This document shows positions 41,202-49,511 of a stretch of DNA of 64,000 nucleotides, in pieces. Position numbers and translations under genes: made by a program. The notes beneath the pieces are model-generated. The model saw only the letters and a list, made by a program, of their open reading frames with translations, had not been told where the DNA came from and did not search any database. The stretch lies in assembly GCA_963701665.1 (NCBI GenBank), contig OY969622.1:32001-96000 (forward strand), read 5' to 3'. The stretch comes from Candidatus Babeliales bacterium. Lineage in GTDB: Bacteria; Babelota; Babeliae; Babelales; JANWKD01. How positions within the stretch are numbered: the first letter of the stretch is position 1; the number at the start of each line of letters is the position of its first letter.

Positions 41202-41233
41202 AAAAGAGGCGTACGTTTTTGTACGCCTCTTTT
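41202..41233 (+). terminator. Rho-independent terminator after nrdAB
   Basis: AAAAGAGGCGTAC / GTACGCCTCTTTT. Confidence 0.85.
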
Positions 41234-41329
41234 TCTTTGAAGACGCGCGTACTATTTCATTGATTTCATGAAAATTATAGAGGTACTATGAAAGAAGAAA
41301 TTTAGATGCTCTATAAAAGGAAAAGAGCT

Positions 41330-42565
41330 ATGAAAAAGTACGATCGATTTTTAGCAAAGTTATTACTGTTTTGCAGTTTTATTGTGTCTTTGTATGGAAA
41401 TGTTGAATATGCGTTGCATGAGTTGAGAAAAAGGCTTGATGACTTGCACTTTGCATTAAGAGAATCTCAAACAGGGCTAAAAGACCTTCCGATTGAGGTT
41501 GTTGAGAAAATGTTACTTGATAGCATTCCTGATTTTAGAGATATAAGGCAGCCAGGTATTGCAAGAACTGCTTTTTTAGACACAGTTAAATCATTAAGAA
41601 ATTTTTGGCAAACAAATAAAACATATTCTAGTATTTTTTATGACTCAACTTTTAAAAGACTTGTTATGAGGAGATTGTTTAACGGTCTTTCATTTGACAT
41701 ATTGGAAAGCACACCTCTTATACCTATGCCAGAAAAAATTTCATTAGATACAAGTGTTTTTGGTAATATTGCAAATGCTTTTTATTATATACATAATCTA
41801 CACAATAAATTGATATATGACGTTAGCATTGAATTATCTGATCGTGAAAAGGGCATTAAAGATGCGTTGCAGCAACTGGTTGTCACAGGTATTAGCCCAA
41901 ATTTCTTTATGGATTATAGAAATTTATTTCATATCGCAATCGAATATGATTCCCCTCAAATTGTCATAGATATGGTTAATCAAGGTGCCGATGTTACGAT
42001 ACCAACTAAGCCTTATACGGCTGGGATTGTTCCTGCATCTTATCCTGTTATTGCTGTGAAGTATAACCAAATACCCTTTATATTTGCCTTTAGTTACTCG
42101 CCCAAATCGGCCTTCTTTTTATTAAATCAAAACTTAGTTGATATAAAAGCCATTAAAGAACGTCTATCACAGGCATGGCCATATTATAAAATTTATAATG
42201 ATCGAGTAGAGGTTAGACGTCAGGTTAGCTATTATGCAAAAATTGTTAAACAGTTAGTAGAAAATGGTATTGATGCTGACACGGAAGTTGTAGTTACTAT
42301 TCAAAATGATATGGCAATCACAAATTCATTTTTGGCGTTCTTTTTATCCTACTATGACTCCTATAGGTTATATGATGAAGAGCAAGAGGTATTAGAAGTT
42401 ATTAAATTCCTTTTGGATAATAAGGCGAAAATAAATAAAAGATATTATATGGTTGATTGGGCTAAAAATCAGACCCCACTTGAGTTTGCACGTGCACAAA
42501 AGGGATCATTTCCAGAACTATATAAGCTTATTGAGAAATATAAAGATAATCCTGATAATAATTAA
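41330..42565 (+). CDS. Exported F-box-like protein with degenerate ankyrin repeats
   Basis: Signal peptide; LKDLPIEVVEKML; LFHIAI..D...IV..MV.QGADV; TPLEFA. Confidence 0.75.
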   Translation: MKKYDRFLAKLLLFCSFIVSLYGNVEYALHELRKRLDDLHFALRESQTGLKDLPIEVVEKMLLDSIPDFRDIRQPGIARTAFLDTVKSLRNFWQTNKTYSSIFYDSTFKRLVMRRLFNGLSFDILESTPLIPMPEKISLDTSVFGNIANAFYYIHNLHNKLIYDVSIELSDREKGIKDALQQLVVTGISPNFFMDYRNLFHIAIEYDSPQIVIDMVNQGADVTIPTKPYTAGIVPASYPVIAVKYNQIPFIFAFSYSPKSAFFLLNQNLVDIKAIKERLSQAWPYYKIYNDRVEVRRQVSYYAKIVKQLVENGIDADTEVVVTIQNDMAITNSFLAFFLSYYDSYRLYDEEQEVLEVIKFLLDNKAKINKRYYMVDWAKNQTPLEFARAQKGSFPELYKLIEKYKDNPDNN

Positions 42566-42608
42566 TGTTTAAAATTGGTGGAATCTAGAACATCAATACA
42601 TTCTTACT

Positions 42609-43049
42609 TTAGCAAGTCGAGTGTAATAATGCTCCAACGCGTATCTTTTGTGCAGCCAATTCATTATATAATTTAACTGCTTCTGGCGTGCGCATGCGAT
42701 AAATTTTTATATTTTTGCCTTCAAGATATGTTATAGTTTCATCTTTAATTTGTAGGACTCCATCAACGCCTTCTGATAAAATTATAACATCAACATTATC
42801 AATAAAGTCAGTAAGATCGGCTATTTGGGTGCCTGGGACGTGGCGTGTACCTGTTTTATTCCAATTCCATTCTTCATGGTGGTTGGGCCAAATTCTGCAA
42901 TCTCTATATTCAGTTGCATTAACAACGATTTTTCCCCATTCAAAATGGGTAATTAATGCATTGGCTATATTTGTAGTATTGCATGAGGTAGTCATTATGG
43001 TAAATGCACAAAGTATAACGCTTAATAAAAAAATATTTGCGATTTTCAT
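42609..43049 (-). CDS. Mth938/AAMDC-domain protein with signal peptide
   Basis: WG, DC.IWP, W.W..TGT.H.PG.Q and T.EAV..YN.L motifs; C-terminal HSTC. Confidence 0.85.
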   Translation of the reverse strand: MKIANIFLLSVILCAFTIMTTSCNTTNIANALITHFEWGKIVVNATEYRDCRIWPNHHEEWNWNKTGTRHVPGTQIADLTDFIDNVDVIILSEGVDGVLQIKDETITYLEGKNIKIYRMRTPEAVKLYNELAAQKIRVGALLHSTC

Positions 43050-43591
43050 TTTAAAGGCCTTTCTTTCTTATACAGTTCTAATGCATCAAGAACAAGTTTC
43101 TGCGCTTCAGCTTTATTGAAAAACTTTTCAATAACCACTTTCTTTTTTTCTAATGTCTTATAGTTTTGGAAAAATTGCTTGATCGTTTCAAGAAGATCAG
43201 TTGGCAGTTCTTCAAGAGAGGTAATGGTATTTACTGCATGATCATGCGTTGCAACAGCAATAATTTTATCATCTTGTTGCCCACCATCAATCATGTGTAT
43301 AGCGCCAATTACTGTTGCTTCAACAATACTTGAAGGGATCACTTGTTCTGAACAAATGACAATAACATCAAGAGGGTCATTGTCAGGACAATAGGTTTGG
43401 GGGATAAAGCCATAATGTACCGGATAGGTAAGATGCGTAAGTAAAACTCGATCAAGGCGTAATAAACCACTTTCTTTATCGAGCTCATATTTGGTTTTTG
43501 AGCCTTTTGTTATTTCGATAATCGTATTAACGCTTTTAGGGACATTTTCTCCTGCGCTAACCTGATGCCATGGATGCTTTATCATAGACAA
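43046..43591 (-). CDS. ppa: Soluble inorganic pyrophosphatase (family I)
   Basis: KYELDK, YGFIPQT, DNDPLD, DDKIIAV and FF.NYK motifs. Confidence 0.95.
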   Translation of the reverse strand: MSMIKHPWHQVSAGENVPKSVNTIIEITKGSKTKYELDKESGLLRLDRVLLTHLTYPVHYGFIPQTYCPDNDPLDVIVICSEQVIPSSIVEATVIGAIHMIDGGQQDDKIIAVATHDHAVNTITSLEELPTDLLETIKQFFQNYKTLEKKKVVIEKFFNKAEAQKLVLDALELYKKERPLK

Positions 43592-43783
43592 ACCTTCCTA
43601 TTTGATGTGTGGTATTATCTTTTATTTTAACCCAATTACACAATTAAACAACAGCCTGCTTTAGGACTAAATTTTATATATTAATTGAAATAATTAACAA
43701 TATGAAATTAAGCTATTTTTCTTGGCAAGAATAGGTAAAGCTCAGGTATACTAGTATAAAAACAGTAAAAAAAAGGTGTTTTT

Positions 43784-44299
43784 ATGATTAAACAAATTGC
43801 CCTTATTATTGCCCATGTTGGTTACCAACCAATCGAATATGGTATTCCCAAAAAGATCTTCCAAGAAGCTGGCTATAAGGTAGTGACGGTGAGCGACAAA
43901 GCTGGCACCGCGCAAGCAACGGACGGCTCAAAAACCAAGGTTGATCAAGTTATTTCCAATATTGATCCGTACGACTACGAAGCGCTCGTTTTTGTTGGTG
44001 GTGGCGGCGCAATGGATCATCTTGATAATGATGCCAGTTATGCATTGATACAAAAAGCTGTGATGGCAGAAACGATACTTGCTGCAATTTGTATCGCCCC
44101 TCGCATTTTGGCAAAAGCGGGCGCGTTAGTGACGCACAATGCAACTGGATGGGATGAAGATGGCCAACTAAAAAGCATCTTTGATAAACACGCTGCAATT
44201 TATCTGAAAGCTCCTGTTGTGAAAGATAAATTAATAATTACTGCTCAAGGCCCTGCACAAGCTGCAGAATTTGCGCACGCTGTGTTATCAGAAATTTAG
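43784..44299 (+). CDS. DJ-1/PfpI-family protein
   Basis: FVGG.GA, AAICIAP (nucleophile Cys) and ITAQGP motifs. Confidence 0.9.
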   Translation: MIKQIALIIAHVGYQPIEYGIPKKIFQEAGYKVVTVSDKAGTAQATDGSKTKVDQVISNIDPYDYEALVFVGGGGAMDHLDNDASYALIQKAVMAETILAAICIAPRILAKAGALVTHNATGWDEDGQLKSIFDKHAAIYLKAPVVKDKLIITAQGPAQAAEFAHAVLSEI

Positions 44300-44383
44300 T
44301 AAATAGCTAGCTGTAAAGCGCTATTGATCTTTTTATTTTCTATTGTATTATAAAATATAGTTTTTATAAACAACGAGGGACAT

Positions 44384-44767
44384 ATGAAAAAAATAACAGC
44401 GTTTTTTCTTAGCTTGTGTGTATTCAATATTGCTCATGCAATGCAGGAAAAAAATAAGGGTAAACGTCGACCTAAATCTATAGAACTTGGATCTTATTTT
44501 TTAGATCGAAACCGCCCAAAATTATCATGGGATCAAGCGGTACCTGGCATAGTAGCCGCTGTCGACGATAAAACTAATTCATTGTATTTCTCCGAAGAAT
44601 GGCTCGAACATATGGGAAAGATGGCGGACACAATTCTTTCATTAGATACATTGCTTAACAGTAGTGAGCAATTCTCAGATGATAAGTTTATCAAAAGGCA
44701 TGAGCAGCTTATTTCACAAATTGGTCCGAAAAACGATGAAGACGAATTTTGGCTCATTAAAAGTTAA
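44384..44767 (+). CDS. Exported hypothetical protein
   Basis: Signal peptide AHA|MQ; RBS GAGG. Confidence 0.7.
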   Translation: MKKITAFFLSLCVFNIAHAMQEKNKGKRRPKSIELGSYFLDRNRPKLSWDQAVPGIVAAVDDKTNSLYFSEEWLEHMGKMADTILSLDTLLNSSEQFSDDKFIKRHEQLISQIGPKNDEDEFWLIKS

Positions 44768-44772
44768 TAATT

Positions 44773-44815
44773 AAAATATTCCAATCATTATGTTTTTTAA
44801 TGGTTGGAATATTTT
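44773..44815. terminator. Hairpin between convergent genes
   Basis: AAAATATTCCAATCATTA / TAATGGTTGGAATATTTT. Confidence 0.65.
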
Positions 44816-45610
44816 TTATTTTCCTGATTTCGTTGGCGGCATTGGTGCTGTTGTTGGATGTACAGTTTTTTCACACGGTGTTGTTAATGGCGTCACCCAT
44901 TTTGTAATACGTTGCTCAACAACATCCCAATTTATATTATTTTCAAACAATTGAATGTACGACGCGCGTTTTGTACCGAAATCAATAAAATACGCGTGTT
45001 CATACACATCAAGCACGAGGAGCGGCATTACTAAAACGGGCACTGTTTGATTGTGCGCATCGAGGGTGAAGTTATGAATTCTGTTATCGTCGAGTGAATA
45101 TCCAGTAATTACCCAGCCGCGCGCAGAAAGTCCGCACGCGTTCAGATCATTTTTGTAGGCATCAAGCGATCCGAACGCTTCTAGAATGAGTTCCATCATC
45201 TGATCGCCAGGTTTGTTCGATTTTTTTCCACTTATATTTTCAAAATAAAGACGATGTAAAATATCACCATTCATGGCAAATGTTTCAGCAACTTTTAAAG
45301 AACGAAATTGTGAATACGTCGTACTGGTTGGATTGGTTGTATTGATTGTATTGAGCGTTTGTTCAATTTCATTTCGTTTTGCAACATATCCCTGATATAA
45401 CGTCATATGCTCTGCAATTTGATCGGTGGTGAGCCATGGAATTTGATCAAATTTAAATTTTTGTGCTTCATAAATTGGCAATGGTAACTTTTTTGACATT
45501 GATGCAAACGCAGGATCAATGAGAGGTGCCGGTGCACCCTTTTTATCAGCACATATATAAAAACTTTGCGCAATACACCATATAAATATGTATAAATTAT
45601 TTTTTTTCAT
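44816..45610 (-). CDS. Fe/Mn superoxide dismutase family protein with signal peptide
   Basis: EH..LY.GYV, NG..LH.LYF and LDVYEHAY metal ligands. Confidence 0.88.
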   Translation of the reverse strand: MKKNNLYIFIWCIAQSFYICADKKGAPAPLIDPAFASMSKKLPLPIYEAQKFKFDQIPWLTTDQIAEHMTLYQGYVAKRNEIEQTLNTINTTNPTSTTYSQFRSLKVAETFAMNGDILHRLYFENISGKKSNKPGDQMMELILEAFGSLDAYKNDLNACGLSARGWVITGYSLDDNRIHNFTLDAHNQTVPVLVMPLLVLDVYEHAYFIDFGTKRASYIQLFENNINWDVVEQRITKWVTPLTTPCEKTVHPTTAPMPPTKSGK

Positions 45611-45659
45611 TATTTTCTCCCATCTTGTGATGGTAGCAGTATAGAAAATGTATCACATG

Positions 45660-46475
45660 TTACGCAAGTGAAAAAAAATCATCACTTTTTTTCAGAAATC
45701 CTTCTGCAAGCAAATCTTCTATAGCATTCTCAATGCGCATCGGTTCGCGCTCTATGAGTAATTTGAATTGTGCGATGGTGAGTGTTTGCTCACGGGAAAG
45801 TAATTTGAGTATCGTGCCGCGGATTTGCCGATCGGATCCTTCAAATTTACTTTGTTTTGTATGATGTTTGCTCAAGCGACTTGGATTTATAGTGGTTTTT
45901 TTGAGCATAACGCCATAATCCATGAGCGCATAATACCATTCGCGTGGATGTTCATGATCGAGCGTTTCTTGAACGAGCGGCAGAAGTTGTTGATCAGAAA
46001 TTGCACGCGCGTTACTGAAAAAACAAAAAATAAAAACCGTGCGAATATTTGTCTCAATAAAAATTGTAGGTTTATCATAAGCGAACGCAACGATTGATGC
46101 AGCTGTTGCTTTGCCAATACCGGGAAGTGTAACGAGCGTTTCAGGATTATCGGGAACGATACCATTATGTTCTTGTACAATTATTTGTGCCGTACGGTGC
46201 AATGCAAGTGCGCGCCTATTGTAGCCGAGGCCTTGCCATTGTTTTATGACATCAGATTGTGGCGCGTGCGCCAAAGTCTCTAACGAGGGAAAATAGTTCA
46301 TGAACTGTTCATATTTTGGTTGCACGCGATATGTTTGTGTCTGTTGGAGCATAATCTCTGAAATGAGCACGCCATAAGGATTTTCGATGTTTCGCCATGG
46401 AAACTCCCGCTTGTGCTGATAATAATAGTGCCAAATAGTTTTTTTAAACTCTGAAAGTTGTTTTTCTGAATACAT
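45660..46475 (-). CDS. MutY-like HhH-GPD adenine glycosylase lacking the Fe-S motif
   Basis: LISEIMLQQTQ, WQGLGYNRRA, LPGIG..TA and ALMDYG motifs; no CX6CX2CX5C. Confidence 0.85.
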   Translation of the reverse strand: MYSEKQLSEFKKTIWHYYYQHKREFPWRNIENPYGVLISEIMLQQTQTYRVQPKYEQFMNYFPSLETLAHAPQSDVIKQWQGLGYNRRALALHRTAQIIVQEHNGIVPDNPETLVTLPGIGKATAASIVAFAYDKPTIFIETNIRTVFIFCFFSNARAISDQQLLPLVQETLDHEHPREWYYALMDYGVMLKKTTINPSRLSKHHTKQSKFEGSDRQIRGTILKLLSREQTLTIAQFKLLIEREPMRIENAIEDLLAEGFLKKSDDFFSLA

Positions 46476-46592
46476 GCTAAGAGCCACGCAAATTTTTTTT
46501 ACCAAAAATGATGAATTAGTGATAAGACTTCTTGTATACAATAAGTATAGCACACGCAAAAAAATATTTTTAAAAAAAAAGGAGTGAAAAAT

Positions 46593-47381
46593 ATGCATGC
46601 TCTTAGTTTGTTTTCTTCAATTTTCATGCAATCTGCGGCAGTCATTTTTGTGTTCATGACATGCGCATTCGGCATTTCACGCTGGATGAGAAAAATATCA
46701 ATCGTTGATTGCTGTTGCTGGGGTTTGGGCTTTGTCATACTCAGTTGGTATCTTTTGATAATGCACGGTGACATGTGCAGCAGGCAAATATTAATGATAA
46801 TACTAATCACCGTGTGGGGATTACGATTAAGTGCGCATATTTTTATGCGTAGTTGTGGCAAACCGGAAGATATTCGTTATGCAAAATTAATTGAGTCGTG
46901 GCATTTGAACCGAAATTTGCAAATTTATGTAAAAATTTTTTTGGTGCAAGGTTTTTTCATGTTTCTCATTGCTGTTCCAATTATGCTTATAGTACGTGAT
47001 TGCAGCAAAGAGCTCACTATGCTTGATTATGTTGGCGTTGTGGTATGGTTTGTAGGATTTTTATTTGAGAGTGTCAGTGATTACCAATTGCAACTTTTTT
47101 TACAAAGCCCAGAAAACAAAGGAAGGATTATGCGCACTGGTTTATGGGCGTATACGCGTCATCCGAATTATTTTGGCGAAGTAGTTATGTGGTGGGGAAT
47201 CTTTTTAATTGCGCTCAATGCTCAATACGGCATTTTTGCGCTCGTTAGCCCATTAGCAATTTCATGGTTATTATATGTATCATGTATTCCAAAGCTTGAA
47301 AAACATTTGGAAAGCAATGCCGAATTTCAGGCATATAAACGATCAACGAGTGTTTTTTTTCCATGGAGATTTGGGAAGTAA
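46593..47381 (+). CDS. DUF1295 / steroid 5-alpha-reductase-like membrane protein
   Basis: WGLRL, EDIRY, D.QL..F and GLWAYTRHPNYFGE motifs. Confidence 0.88.
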   Translation: MHALSLFSSIFMQSAAVIFVFMTCAFGISRWMRKISIVDCCCWGLGFVILSWYLLIMHGDMCSRQILMIILITVWGLRLSAHIFMRSCGKPEDIRYAKLIESWHLNRNLQIYVKIFLVQGFFMFLIAVPIMLIVRDCSKELTMLDYVGVVVWFVGFLFESVSDYQLQLFLQSPENKGRIMRTGLWAYTRHPNYFGEVVMWWGIFLIALNAQYGIFALVSPLAISWLLYVSCIPKLEKHLESNAEFQAYKRSTSVFFPWRFGK

Positions 47382-47451
47382 AAAGATATTTGTTGATACA
47401 AATGTCTTAAACTAAAAAACAAAAATCATTTCTCTTTTATTTTTTATGTTT

Positions 47452-47763
47452 ACCTTTCGCAAGGTATGCGGCCCTGTGCGGGCAGCACCCTCCTATGCTT
47501 ATCCACGCCTTCCGGCTTGGCAAGTTACGTAGGACAGGCCAATGTATTGCGTGCCCAATACATTGGATACAAGGGCAAATAAGAGTGCAAGCCTCTTATT
47601 TATCTCCCTAACGCAAACAAGTCGACCTTGCGCATTATCATGCGGCAAGGTCTCCGACATGTTGTGCTTATATGGAAATCGATTTATCAGATGCTTACGA
47701 TTGCAAGTTAACTTCTTAAACAACAGCGTCATTCCGAGGCGAAGCCGTGGGAACCCAGAACTT
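47452..47763 (-). repeat. Inverted second copy of the structured right part of the 15386-16110 element, plus a half REPIN
   Basis: Reverse complement matches about 15850-16108; carries an extra 51-bp insertion at 47488-47538. Confidence 0.9.
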
Positions 47764-48332
47764 AATTAAACAACACACGGCTTAAAAGCCGTGGATTTAG
47801 AAGCACGAGATGAAAGCTTTTTATTGATTTCTAACATAATTGAGAATTGTCTCTTCCGAACAATGTCCAAATGTTTCGGAGAAATATCCATCCGCCCAAA
47901 AATCATTACCCCACAAAAATTTCTTTATTTCAGGCAATTCAGTTCTAAGCATTTTACTTGAAATGCCTTTGAGTAGTTGAACGGCCTTGCTCACACTTAT
48001 ACTTGGTGGTAACTGTATTACAAGATGTACATGGTCTATCTGAATATTTAATTCCTGAATTTCCCATGCATTAATTTCTGCACATTCTCGCAAGAGTTCT
48101 CCTAACCTACTCTTAACGTTTCCTTCTAATACTTTTTTTCTATATTTCGGTAACCAAACTATATGATACATGTGCCTATGTGTTGTATGCGCTCCGTGCC
48201 AATATTTCTTTGCCATACCATTAGTATGACAAAACGAACCTCGCTTCGCAAAAATTTACATTTTTGCTTTACTCGCGCATTTGATGACATTCATCCCCAG
48301 GTTTAAAACCCTGGGGTTTTCTGTCATGGAAA
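47764..48332 (-). mobile_element. IS200-type element, copy 2 (intact)
   Basis: Same ends and hairpins as copy 1. Confidence 0.93.
47821..48216 (-). CDS. tnpA: IS200/IS605-family Y1 (HUH) transposase
   Basis: YHIVWLPKYR, DHVHL (HUH), LKG.SS, FW..GYF and YVRNQ (catalytic Tyr). Confidence 0.96.
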   Translation of the reverse strand: MAKKYWHGAHTTHRHMYHIVWLPKYRKKVLEGNVKSRLGELLRECAEINAWEIQELNIQIDHVHLVIQLPPSISVSKAVQLLKGISSKMLRTELPEIKKFLWGNDFWADGYFSETFGHCSEETILNYVRNQ

Positions 48333-49336
48333 TAATTTATGTGAACGGTAAGAATAATGCTCAATATGTATTGGATACTCTATATCGTTTATTCAAGGAC
48401 GTTGAAGGTCTAGATATTGCTCCTCGCTATAATGAAAAAATTACTAGTCTCATTTACTATGCACAAAGCCATGGTGATCGGAAGGTGCTATACCCGCAAG
48501 AATACGTACAGCCAAACATGGAAGTATTCGCACCAGATTATGTTGATCCAGAACATCCCGTTGATTATCGTTTGAATAATCCTGCAAAAGGGAATTTATC
48601 GGTATTGTTTCCTAAAACACAAATAGAAGAACAGCAATTGCCTAAACGATTAACTAATATTTCTTATGAGAGTTTTAAAGGAAGCCGTCAATTTCAGACA
48701 TATCCTGAACAATTAATGCCTTTGAATAAGGCATTAAATATAGATGCCGGTGGATATTATCAGAATGGCTATATCTATATTGCAGCTAAAGAAGGATTTA
48801 ATGGTCCAGAAGCTAGAGATTTAGCAGAGGGTGTTAAAGAACGGTCTGTACAAGAGTATAAAATTCATCTTATGCCAAAAAGTGCTGATGATGTAATGCT
48901 TATACTTGAAAATATTTTCAAAGAAGCAACAATACATGAAAAATTAAAGAATGTAATTCATAATATGAAGTTCAAGCCCGGCATTGATTTTTCTTTATCA
49001 AAAGGGGATATGGAAAAACAGTTGTATAAATCAGGCACTCATGAAATTATTCCTATCATAGTAATATATGTGAACGGCAAGAATAATGCTCAATACGCAC
49101 TGGATACTCTATATCGTTTATTCAAGGACGTTGAAGGTCTAGATATTACTCCTCGCTATAATGAAAGAATTACTAGTCTCATTTACTATGCACAAGGTAA
49201 TGGTGATGAGAAGGAGCATTACCCGCAAGATTATGTACAGCCAAATATGGAAGTATTCGTGCCAGATTATGTTGATCCAGAACATCCCATTGATTATCAT
49301 TTGCGCAATCCTGCAATTGATAATGAGATCAAGTAA
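48333..49336 (+). pseudogene. 5'-truncated repeat-domain protein (1.3 copies of a 243-aa unit)
   Basis: The first ~17 codons of ORF 48281 come from the IS end. Internal direct repeat at 48335-48588 vs 49064-49317 (offset 729 nt). Confidence 0.75.
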
Positions 49337-49511
49337 TATTATTTCAGTCCTTGTAACAAGTTCAATTTGTGAAACTCCCGACTAGACATTCTACAGCTAG
49401 AGAGTGAAATATCCTCTCGGGCTTTTTTCATATCAAAACCCTTGCTATCTTCTTTTATGATTATGTAAAATCTCCTTGAGGCATACCGTTCATTAAAAAA
49501 GGGGTACTGTT

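Noticed and set aside
21612..47763. 26-kb IS-flanked segment as a composite transposon or integrated plasmid
   Set aside because: It carries core genes (gatB, ssrA, rng, mnmE, ruvA, nrdAB) and has host-like composition
47821..48216. TnpA as a REP-associated RAYT, or as part of an IS605 element with TnpB/omega-RNA
   Set aside because: The motifs are IS200-like (YHIVW.PKYR, YxxNQ), the element has its own hairpin ends, and no tnpB/iscB is present
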